A stretch of DNA of 64,000 nucleotides from Eledone cirrhosa (lineage: Eukaryota), in assembly GCA_964016885.1 (NCBI GenBank), contig OZ024743.1, forward strand, positions 136,772,001 through 136,836,000. The letters run 5' to 3'. Positions 35,735-46,619 of this stretch are shown here, piece after piece. Made by a program: the position numbers and the translations under genes. Below the pieces are notes generated by a model that saw nothing but the letters and a program-made list of their open reading frames with translations, made no database searches and had not been told where the DNA came from. Within the stretch, counting starts at the first letter, position 1; each line of letters opens with the position of its first letter.

Positions 35735-37100
35735 TGCATGGTGCTTGGTGTTTGGTGCTTGGTGTTTGGTGCTTTGTGTTAGGAGTCTGGTGCTTGGTGC
35801 TTGGTGTTTGGTGTTTGGTACTTGGTATTTGGTGCTTGGTGCATGGTGTTTGGTGTTTGGTGCTTGGTGTTTGGTGCTTGCTACGTGGTGCTTGGTGCTT
35901 GGTGTTAGGTGTTTGGTGCTTGGTGCGTGGTGTTTGGTTTTTGGTGCTTGGTGCTTGGTGTTTGGTGTTTGGTGCTTGCTGCTGGCTGCTTGGTGTTTGG
36001 TGCTTGGTGATTGGTGCTTGGTGTTTGGTGCTTGGTGTTTGGTGTTTGGTGCTAGGTGCTTGGTGCTTGGTGTTTGGTGATGATTGGTGCTTGGTGTTTG
36101 GTGTTTGGTGCTTGGTGCTTGGTGTTTGGTGCTTGGTGCTGGGTGGTTGGTGTTTGGTGCTTGGTGTTTGGTGCTGGGTGCTTGGTGTTTGGTGCTTGGT
36201 GCTTGGTCTTTGGTGCTTGGTCTTTGGTGTTTGGTGCTTGGTGCTTGGTGCTTGGTGTTTGGTGCTTGGTGCTTGGTGTTTGGTGCTTGGTGCTTAGTGT
36301 TTGGTGCTAGGTGCTTGGGGTTTGGTGTTTAGTGCTGCGTGCTTGGTGTTTGGTGCTTGGTGCTTGGTGCTTGGTCTTTGGTGTTTGGTGTTTAGTGCTT
36401 GGTGCTTGGTGCTTGGAGTTTGGTGCTTGGTGCTTGGTGCATTGTGATTAGTGTTTGGTGCTTGGTGCTTGGGGTTTGGTGTTTGGTGCTTGGTGCTTGG
36501 TGTTTGGTGATTGGTACTTGGTGTTTGGTGGTTGGTGTTTGCTGTTTGCTGTTTGGTGTTTTTGGTGTTTGCTGTTTGCTGTTTGGTGTCTGCTTTTTGG
36601 TGTTTGGTGTTTGCTCTATGGTGTTTGCTGTTTCATGTTTGGTGTTTGCTGTTTGGTGTTTGGTGTTTGCTGTTTGGTGTTTGCTCTTTGGTGCTTGGTC
36701 TTTGATGCTTGGTGTTTGGTGCTTGGTGCTTGGTGTTTGGTGTTTGGTGCTTGGTGACTGGTGCTTGTTGTTTGGTGATTGGTGCTTGGTGTTTGCTGTT
36801 TGGTGTTTGGTGTTTGGTGTTTGCTGTTTGGTGTTTGGTGCTTGGTGCTTGGTGCTTGGTGTTTGGTGCTTGGTGCTTGGTGTTTGGTGCTTGGTGCTTG
36901 GTGTTTGGTGCTTGGTGCCTGGTGCTTGTTGTTTGGTGATTGGTGCTTGGTGTTTGCTGTTTGGTGTTTGGTGTTTGGTGTTTGCTGTTTGGTGTTTGGT
37001 GCTGGGTGCTTGGTGTTTGGTGTTTGATGCTTGGTGTTTGATGCTTGGTGCTTGGTGCTTGGTGTTTGGTTTTTGGTGTTTGCTGTTTGGTGTTTGGTGC
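35735..37100 (+). repeat. Diverged additional copy of ~29340-30720 (offset 6382-6389)
   Basis: GGTGATGATTGG 10-bp unit at 29687 and 36076. ORF pairs 29667/36056 and 30017/36399. Confidence 0.85.
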
Positions 37101-38340
37101 TTGGTGCTTGGTGCTTGGTGTTTGGTGCTTGGTGCTTGGTGTTTGGTTTTTGGTGTTTGCTGTTTGGTGTTTGGTGCTTGGTGCTTGGTGCTTGGTGTTT
37201 GGTGTTTGGTGCTTGGTGTTTGCTGCTTAGTGCTTGGTGTTTGGTGTTTGGTGCTTGGTGTTTGGTGCTTGGTGCTTGGTGCTTGGTGTTAAGTGTTTGG
37301 TGCTTGGTGTTTGATGTTTGGTGCTTCATGCTTGGTGCTTGGTGTTTGGTGCTTGGTGCCCGGTGCATGGTGTTTGGTGCTTGATGCTTGGTGTTTGGTG
37401 TTTGGTGCTTGGTGTTTGGTGCTTGGTGCTTGGTGCTTGGTGTTAGGTGTTAGGTGTTTGATGCTTGGTGCATGGTGTTTGGTGTTTGCTGTTTGGTGTT
37501 TGGTCTTTGGTGCTTGGTCTTTGGTGCATGGTGTTTGGTGCTTGGTGCTTGGTGTTTGGTGATTGGTGCTTGGTGTTTGCTGTTTGGTGTTTGGTGTTTG
37601 GTGTTTGCTGTTTGGTGTTTGGTGCTTGGTGCTTGGTGCTTGGTGTTTGGTGCTTGGTGCTTGGTGTTTGGTGCTTGGTGCTTGGTGTTTGGTGCTTGGT
37701 GCCTGGTGCTTGTTGTTTGGTGATTGGTGCTTGGTGTTTGCTGTTTGGTGTTTGGTGTTTGGTGTTTGCTGTTTGGTGTTTGGTGCTGGGTGCTTGGTGT
37801 TTGGTGTTTGAAGCTTGGTGTTTGATGCTTGGTGCTTGGTGCTTGGTGTTTGGTTTTTGGTGTTTGCTGTTTGGTGTTTGGTGCTTGGTGATTGGTGCTT
37901 GGTGTTTGGTGCTTGGTGCTTGGTGTTTGGTTTTTGGTGTTTGCTGTTTGGTGTTTGGTGCTTGGTGCTTGGTGCTTGGTGTTTGGTGTTTGGTGCTTGG
38001 TGTTTGCTGCTTAGTGCTTGGTGTTTGGTGTTTGGTGCTTGGTGTTTGGTGCTTGGTGCTTGGTGCTTGGTGTTAAGTGTTTGGTGCTTGGTGTTTGATG
38101 TTTGGTGCTTCATGCTTGGTGCTTGGTGTTTGGTGCTTGGTGCCCGGTGCATGGTGTTTGGTGCTTGATGCTTGGTGTTTGGTGTTTGGTGCTTGGTGTT
38201 TGGTGCTTGGTGCTTGGTGCTTGGTGTTAGGTGTTAGGTGTTTGATGCTTGGTGCATGGTGTTTGGTGTTTGCTGTTTGGTGTTTGGTCTTTGGTGCTTG
38301 GTCTTTGGTGCATGGTGTTTGGTGCTTGGTGCTTGGTGTT
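36780..38340 (+). repeat. 784-bp (112 x 7) tandem duplication
   Basis: ORF pairs 36779/37563, 37031/37815, 37293/38077 and 37454/38238. Rare TGCCCGG marker at ~37360 and ~38144. Confidence 0.9.
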
Positions 38341-39299
38341 TGGTGCTTGGTGCCTGGTGCTTGTTGTTTGGTGATTGGTGCTTGGTGTTTCCTGTTTGGT
38401 GTTTGGTGTTTGGTGTTTGCTGTTTTGTGTTTGGTGCTTGGTGCTTGGTGCTTGGTGTTTGGTGCTTGGTGCTTGGTGTTTGGTGCTTGGTGCTTGATGC
38501 TTGGTGTTTGTACTTGGTGCTTGGTGCATGGTGTTTTGTGCTTGATTCTTGGTGTTTGGTGCTTGGTGTTTGGTGCTTAGTGCTTGGTGTTTGGTGTTTG
38601 GTGCTTGGTGTTTGGTGCTTGGTGCTTGGTGCTTGGTGTTTGGTGTTTGGTGCTTCATGCTTGGTGCTTGGTGTTTGGTGCTTGGTGCTTGGTGTTTGGT
38701 GCTTGGTGCCTGGTGCATGGTGTTTGGTGCTTGATGCTTGGTGTTTGGTGTTTGGTGCTTGGTGTTTGGTGCTTGGTGCTTGGTGCTTGGTGTTAGGTGT
38801 TAGGTGTTTGGTGATTGGTGCTTGGTGTTTGGTGCTTGGTGCTTGATGTTTGGTGCTTGGTGCTTGGTGTTTGGTGCTTGGTGTTTGGTGCTTGGTACTT
38901 GGGGCTTGGTGTTTGGTGCTTGGTGCTTGGTGCTTGGTGTTTGGTGCTTGGTGCTTGGTGTTTGGTGTTTGGTGCTTGGTGTTTGGTGCTTGGTGCTTGG
39001 TGCTGGGTGGTTGGTGTTTGGTGCTTGGTGCTTGGTGTTTGGTGCTTGGTGCTTGGTGCTTGGTGTTTGGTGCTTGGCGCTTGGTGCTTGGTCTTTGGTG
39101 CTTGGTGTTTGGTGTTTGGTGCTTGGTGCTTGGTGTTTGGTGCTTGGTGATTAGTGTTTGGTGCTTGGTGCTTGGGGTTTGGTGTTTGGTGCTTGGTGCT
39201 TGGTGTTTGGTGCTTGGTGCTTGGTGTTTGGTGCTTGGTGTTTGGTTTTTGCTGTTTGGTGTTTGGTGTTTGCTGTTTGCTGTTTGGTGTCTGCTTTTT

Positions 39300-42200
39300 G
39301 GTGTTTGGTGTTTGCTGTATCGTGTTTGCTGTTTCGTGTTTATTGTTTGCTGTTTGGTGTTTGTTGTTTGGTGTTTGGTGTTTCCTGTTTGGTGTTTAGT
39401 CTTTGGTGTTTGGTGTTTGGTGCTTGGTGCTTGGTGTTTGGCGTTTGGTGCTTGGGGCTTGGTGTTTGGTGCTGCGTGCTTGGTGCTTGGTGCTTGGTGC
39501 TTGGTGCTTGGTGTTTGGTGTTTGATGATTGGTGTTTGGTGTTTGGTGTTTGGTGCTTGGTGCTTGGTGTTTGGTGTTTGATGCTTGCTGCTTGATGCTT
39601 GGTGCTTGGTGCTTGGTGTTTGGTGCTTGGTGCTTGGTGTTTGGTGCTTGGTACTTGGTGTTTGGTGCTTGGTGTTTGCTGTTTGCTGTTTGGTGTTTGG
39701 TGTTTGCTGTTTGCTGTTTGGTGTCTGCTTTTTGGTGTTTGTTGTTTGCTCTATGGTGTTTGCTGTTTCATGTTTGGTGTTTGCTGTTTGGTGTTTGGTT
39801 TTTGCTGTTTGGTGTTTGGTGCTTGGTGTTTGGTGCTTGGTGCTTGTTGTTTGATGATTGGTGCTTGGTGCTTGGTGTTTGCTGTTTGGTGCTTGGGGCT
39901 TGGTGTTTGGTGCTGCGTGCTTGGTGCTTGGTGCTTGGTGCTTGGTGTTTGGTGTTTGATGATTGGCGTTTGGTGTTTGGTGTTTGGTGTTTGGTGCTTG
40001 GTGTTTGGTGTGTGATGCTTGCTGCTTGATGCTTGGTGCTTGGTGCTTGGTGTTTGGTGCTTGGTGCTTGGTGTTTGGTGCTTGGTACTTGGTGTTTGGT
40101 GCTTGGTGTTTGCTGTTTGCTGTTTGGTGTTTGGTGTTTGCTGTTTGCTGTTTGGTGTCTGCTTTTTGGTGTTTGTTGTTAGCTCTATGGTGTTTGCTGT
40201 TTCGTGTTTGGTGTTTGCTGTTTGGTGTTTGGTGTTTGCAGTTTGGTGTTTGGTGCTTGGTGTTTGGTGCTTGGTGCTTGGTGTTTGGTGCTTGGTGTTT
40301 GATGTTTGGTGCTTGGTACTTGGGGCTTGGTGTTTGGTGCTTGGTGCTTCGTGCTTGGTGTTTGGTGCTTGGTGCCTGGTGCTTGTTGTTTGGTGATTGG
40401 TGCTTGGTGTTTGCTGTTTGGTGCTGCGTGCTTGGTGCTTGGTGCTTGGTGCTTGGTGCTTGGTGTTTTGTGTTTGGTGTTTGATGCTTGGTGTCTGGTG
40501 TTTGGTGCTTGATGCTTGGTGTTTGGTGTTTGATGCTTGGTGCTTGATGCTTGGTGTTTGTGCTTGGTGTTTGGTGCTTGGTGCTTGGTGTTTGTACTTG
40601 GTGTTTGGTGCTTGGTGTTTGGTGCTTGGTGCTTGGTGTTTGGTGCTTGGTGCTTGGTGTTTGGTGTTTGGTGCTTGGTGTTTGGTGCTTGGTGCTTGGT
40701 GCTTGGTGTTAGGTGTTTGGTGCTTCATGCCTGGTGCTTGGTGTTTGGTGCTTGGTGCTTGGTGTTTGGTGTTTGGTGCTTCATGCTTTGTGCTTGGTGT
40801 TTGGTGCTTGGTGCTTGGTGTTTGGTGCTTGGTGCCTGGTGCATGGTGTTTGGTGCTTGATGCTTGGTGTTTGGTCTTTGGTGCTTGGTGTTTGGTGCTT
40901 GGTGCTTGGTGCTTGGTGTTAGGTGTTAGGTGTTTGATGCTTGGAGTTTGCTGTTTGGTGTTTGGTGTTTGCTGTTTGGTGTTTGGTCTTTGGTGCTTGG
41001 TCTTTGGTGCTTGGTGTTTGGTGCTTGGTGCTTGGTGTTTGGTGCTTGGTGCCTGGTGCTTGTTGTTTGGTGATTGGTGCTTGGTGTTTCCTGTTTGGTG
41101 TTTGGTGTTTGGTGTTTGCTGTTTTGTGTTTGGTGCTTGGTGCTTGGTGCTTGGTGTTTGGTGCTTGGTGCTTGGTGTTTGGTGCATGGTGCTTGATGCT
41201 TGGTGTTTGTACTTGGTGCTTGGTGCATGGTGTTTTGTGCTTGATTCTTGGTGTTTGGTTCTTGGTGTTTGGTGCTTAGTGCTTGGTGTTTGGTGTTTGG
41301 TGCTTGGTGTTTGGTGCTTGGTGCTTGGTGCTTGGTGTTTGGTGTTTGGTGCTTCCTGCTTGGTGCTTGGTGTTTGGTGCTTGGTGCTTGGTGTTTGGTG
41401 CTTGGTGCCTGGTGCATGGTGTTTGGTGCTTGATGCTTGGTGTTTGGTGTTTGGTGCTTGGTGTTTGGTGCTTGGTGCTTGGTGCTTGGTGTTAGGTGTT
41501 AGGTGTTTGGTGATTGGTGCTTGGTGTTTGGTGCTTGGTGCTTGATGTTTGGTGCTTGGAGCTTGGTGTTTGGTGCTTGGTGTTTGGTGCTTGGTACTTG
41601 GGGCTTGGTGTTTGGTGATTGGTGCTTGGTGCTTGGTGTTTGGTGCTTGGTGCTTGGTGTTTGGTGTTTGGTGCTTGGTGTTTGGTGCTTGGTGCTTGGT
41701 GCTGGGTGGTTGGTGTTTGGTGCTTGGTGCTTGGTGTTTGGTGTTTGGTGCTTGGTGCTTGGTGTTTGGTGCTTGGCGCTTGGTGCTTGGTCTTTGGTGC
41801 TTGGTGTTTGGTGTTTGGTGCTTGGTGCTTGGTGTTTGGTGCTTGGTGATTAGTGTTTGGTGCTTGCTGCTTGGGGTTTGGTGTTTGGTGCTTGGTGCTT
41901 GGTGTTTGGTGCTTGGTGTTTCGTTTTTACTGTTTGGTGTTTGGTGTTTGCTGTTTGCTGTTTGCTGTTTGGTGTCTGCTTTTTGGTGTTTGGTGTTTGC
42001 TGTATCGTGTTTGCTGTTTCGTGTTTATTGTTTGCTGTTTGGTGTTTGTTGTTTGGTGTTTGGTGTTTCCTGTTTGGTGTTTAGTCTTTGGTGTTTGGTG
42101 TTTGGTGCTTGGTGCTTGGTGTTTGGCGTTTGGTGCTTGGGGCTTGGTGTTTGGTGCTGCGTGCTTGGTGCTTGGTGCTTGGTGCTTGGTGCTTGGTGTT

Positions 42201-44720
42201 TGGTGTTTGATGATTGGTGTTTGGTGTTTGGTGTTTGGTGCTTGGTGCTTGGTGTTTGGTGTTTGATGCTTGCTGCTTGATGCTTGGTGCTTGGTGATTG
42301 GTGTTTGGTGCTTGGTGCTTGGTGTTTGGTGCTTGGTACTTGGTGTTTGGTGCTTGGTGTTTGCTGTTTGCTGTTTGGTGTTTGGTGTTTGCTGTTTGCT
42401 GTTTGGTGTCTGCTTTTTGGTGTTTGTTGTTTGCTCTATGGTGTTTGCTGTTTCATGTTTGGTGTTTGCTGTTTGGTGTTTGGTGTTTGCTGTTTGGTGT
42501 TTGGTGCTTGGTGTTTGGTGCTTGGTGCTTGTTGTTTGATGATTGGTGCTTGGTGCTTGGTGTTTGCTGTTTGGTGCTTGGGGCTTGGTGTTTGGTGCTG
42601 CGTGCTTGGTGCTTGGGGCTTGGTGCTTGGTGTTTGGTGTTTGATGATTGGCGTTTGGTGTTTGGTGTTTGGTGTTTGGTGCTTGGTGTTTGGTGTGTGA
42701 TGCTTGCTGCTTGATGCTTGGTGCTTGGTGCTTGGTGTTTGGTGCTTGGTGCTTGGTGTTTGGTGCTTGGTACTTGGTGTTTGGTGCTTGGTGTTTGCTG
42801 TTTGCTGTTTGGTGTTTGGTGTTTGCTGTTTGCTGTTTGGTGTCTGCTTTTTGGTGTTTGTTGTTAGCTCTATGGTGTTTGCTGTTTCGTGTTTGGTGTT
42901 TGCTGTTTGGTGTTTGGTGTTTGCAGTTTGGTGTTTGGTGCTTGGTGTTTGGTGCTTGGTGCTTGGTGTTTGGTGCTTGGTGTTTGATGTTTGGTGCTTG
43001 GTACTTGGGGCTTGGTGTTTGGTGCTTGGTGCTTCGTGCTTGGTGTTTGGTGCTTGGTGCCTGGTGCTTGTTGTTTGGTGATTGGTGCTTGGTGTTTGCT
43101 GTTTGGTTCCTGGTTCTTGGTGCTTGGTGCTTGGTGCTTGGTGCTTGGTGTTTTGTGTTTGGTGTTTGATGCTTGGTGTCTGGTGTTTGGTGCTTGATGC
43201 TTGGTGTTTGGTGTTTGATGCTTGGTGCTTGATGCTTGGTGTTTGTGCTTGGTGTTTGGTGCTTGGTGCTTGGTGTTTGTACTTGGTGTTTGGTGCTTGG
43301 TGTTTGGTGCTTGGTGCTTGGTGTTTGGTGCTTGGTGCTTGGTGTTTGGTGTTTGGTGCTTGGTGTTTGGTGCTTGGTGCTTGGTGCTTGGTGTTAGGTG
43401 TTTGGTGCTTCATGCCTGGTGCTTGGTGTTTGGTGCTTGGTGCTTGGTGTTTGGTGTTTGGTGCTTCATGCTTGGTGCTTGGTGTTTGGTGCTTGGTGCT
43501 TGGTGTTTGGTGCTTGGTGCCTGGTGCATGGTGTTTGGTGCTTGATGCTTGGTGTTTGGTCTTTGGTGCTTGGTGTTTGGTGCTTGGTGCTTGGTGCTTG
43601 GTGTTAGGTGTTAGGTGTTTGATGCTTGGAGTTTGCTGTTTGGTGTTTGGTGTTTGCTGTTTGGTGTTTGGTCTTTGGTGCTTGGTCTTTGGTGCTTGGT
43701 GTTTGGTGCTTGGTGCTTGGTGTTTGGTGCTTGGTGCCTGGTGCTTGTTGTTTGGTGATTGGTGCTTGGTGTTTCCTGTTTGGTGTTTGGTGTTTGGTGT
43801 TTGCTGTTTTGTGTTTGGTGCTTGGTGCTTGGTGCTTGGTGTTTGGTGCTTGGTGCTTGGTGTTTGGTGCATGGTGCTTGATGCTTGGTGTTTGTACTTG
43901 GTGCTTGGTGCATGGTGTTTTGTGCTTGATTCTTGGTGTTTGGTTCTTGGTGTTTGGTGCTTAGTGCTTGGTGTTTGGTGTTTGGTGCTTGGTGTTTGGT
44001 GCTTGGTGCTTGGTGCTTGGTGTTTGGTGTTTGGTGCTTCCTGCTTGGTGCTTGGTGTTTGGTGCTTGGTGCTTGGTGTTTGGTGCTTGGTGCCTGGTGC
44101 ATGGTGTTTGGTGCTTGATGCTTGGTGTTTGGTGTTTGGTGCTTGGTGTTTGGTGCTTGGTGCTTGGTGCTTGGTGTTAGGTGTTAGGTGTTTGGTGATT
44201 GGTGCTTGGTGTTTGGTGCTTGGTGCTTGATGTTTGGTGCTTGGAGCTTGGTGTTTGGTGCTTGGTGTTTGGTGCTTGGTACTTGGGGCTTGGTGTTTGG
44301 TGATTGGTGCTTGGTGCTTGGTGTTTGGTGCTTGGTGCTTGGTGTTTGGTGTTTGGTGCTTGGTGTTTGGTGCTTGGTGCTTGGTGCTGGGTGGTTGGTG
44401 TTTGGTGCTTGGTGCTTGGTGTTTGGTGTTTGGTGCTTGGTGCTTGGTGTTTGGTGCTTGGCGCTTGGTGCTTGGTCTTTGGTGCTTGGTGTTTGGTGTT
44501 TGGTGCTTGGTGCTTGGTGTTTGGTGCTTGGTGATTAGTGTTTGGTGCTTGGTGCTTGGGGTTTGGTGTTTGGTGCTTGGTGCTTGGTGTTTGGTGCTTG
44601 GTGTTTCGTTTTTACTGTTTGGTGTTTGGTGTTTGCTGTTTGCTGTTTGCTGTTTGGTGTCTGCTTTTTGGTGTTTGGTGTTTGCTGTATCGTGTTTGCT
44701 GTTTCGTGTTTATTGTTTGC
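39300..44720 (+). repeat. 2685-bp tandem higher-order duplication containing a nested 434-bp (62 x 7) sub-repeat
   Basis: ORF pairs 39585/42270, 39751/42436, 40397/43082 and 41549/44234 (2685). Internal pairs 39585/40019 and 42270/42704 (434). Confidence 0.94.
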
Positions 44721-46619
44721 TGTTTGGTGTTTGGTGTTTGGTGTTTGGTGTTTCCTGTTTGGTGTTTAGTCTTTGGTGATTGGTGCTTGGTGCTTGGTGT
44801 TTGGTGTTTGGTGCTTGGTGCTTGGTGTTTGGTGCTTGGTACTTGTTGTTTGGTGATTGGTGCTTGGTGCTTGGTGTTTGCTGTTTGGTGCTTGGGGCTT
44901 GGTGTTTGGTGCTGCGTGCTTGGTGCTTGGTGCTTGGTGCTTGGTGCTTGGTGCTTGGTGTTTGGTGTTTGATGATTGGTGTTTGGTGTTTGGTGTTTGG
45001 TGCTTGGTGCTTGGTGTTTGGTGTTTGATGCTTGCTGCTTGATGCTTGGTGCTTGGTGCTTGGTGTTTGGTGCTTGGTGCTTGGTGTTTGGTGCTTGGTA
45101 CTTGGTGTTTGTTGCTTGGTGTTTGCTGTTTGCTGTTTGGTGTTTGGTGTTTGTTGTTTGCTGTTTGGTGTCTGCTTTTTGGTGTTTGGTGCTGGGTGCT
45201 TGGTGTTTGGTGTTTGATGCTTGGTGTTTGATGCTTGGTGCTTGGTGCTTGGTGTTTGGTTTTTGGTGTTTGCTGTTTGGTGTTTGGTGCTTGGTGCTTG
45301 GTGCTTGGTGTTTGGTGCTTGGTGCTTGGTGTTTGGTGCTTGGTGCTTGATGGTTGGTGTTTGTACTTGGTGCTTGGTGCTTGGTGTTTTGTGCTTGATT
45401 CTTGGTGTTTGGTGCTTGGTGTTTGCTGCTTAGTGCTTGGTGTTTGGTGTTTGGTGCTTGGTGTTTGGTGCTTGGTGCTTGGTGCTTGGTGTTAAGTGTT
45501 TGGTGCTTGGTATTTGATGTTTGGTGCTTCATGCTTGGTGCTTGGTGTTTGGTGCTTGGTGCCCGGTGCATGGTGTTTGGTGCTTGATGCTTGGTGTTTG
45601 GTGTTTGGTGCTTGGTGTTTGGTGCTTGGTGCTTGGTGCTTGGTGTTAGGTGTTAGGTGTTTGATGCTTGGTGCTTGGTGTTTGGTGTTTGCTGTTTGCT
45701 GTTTGGTCTTTGGTGCTTGGTCTTTGGTGCATGGTGTTTGGTGCTTGGTGCTTGGTGTTTGGTGCTTGGTGCCTGGTGCTTGTTGTTTGGTGATTGGTGC
45801 TTGGTGTTTCCTGTTTGGTGTTTGGTGTTTGGTGTTTGCTGTTTTGTGTTTGGTGCTTGGTGCTTGGTGCTTGGTGTTTGGTGCTTGGTGCTTGGTGTTT
45901 GGTGCTTGGTGCTTGGTGCTTGGTGTTTGTACTTGGTGCTTGGTGCATGGTGTTTTGTGCTTGATTCTTGGTGTTTGGTGCTTGGTGTTTGGTGCTTAGT
46001 GCTTGGTCTTTGGTGTTTGGTGCTTGGTGTTTGGTGCTTGGTGCTTGGTGCTTGGTGTTTGGTGTTTGGTGCTTCATGCTTGGTGCTTGGTGTTTGGTGC
46101 TTGGTGCTTGGTGTTTGGTGCTTGGTGCCTGGTGCATGGTGTTTGGTGCTTGATGCTTGGTGTTTGGTGTTTGGTGCTTGGTGTTTGGTGCTTGGTGCTT
46201 GGTGCTTGGTGTTAGGTGTTAGGTGTTTGGTGATTGGTGCTTGGTGTTTGGTGCTTGGTGCTTGATGTTTGGTGCTTGGTGCTTGGTGTTTGGTGCTTGG
46301 TGTTTGGTGCTTGGTACTTGGGGCTTGGTGTTTGGTGCTTGGTGCTTGGTGCTTGGTGTTTGGTGCTTGGTGCTTGGTGTTTGGTGTTTGGTGCTTGGTG
46401 TTTGGTGCTTGGTGCTTGGTGCTGGGTGGTTGGTGTTTGGTGCTTGGTGCTTGGTGTTTGGTGCTTGGTGCTTGGTGCTTGGTGTTTGGTGCTTGGCGCT
46501 TGGTGCTTGTTCTTTGGTGCTTGGAGTTTGGTGTTTGGTGCTTGGTGCTTGGTGTTTGGTGCTTGGTGATTAGTGTTTGGTGCTTGGTGCTTGGGGTTTG
46601 GTGCTTGGTGTTTGGTTTT

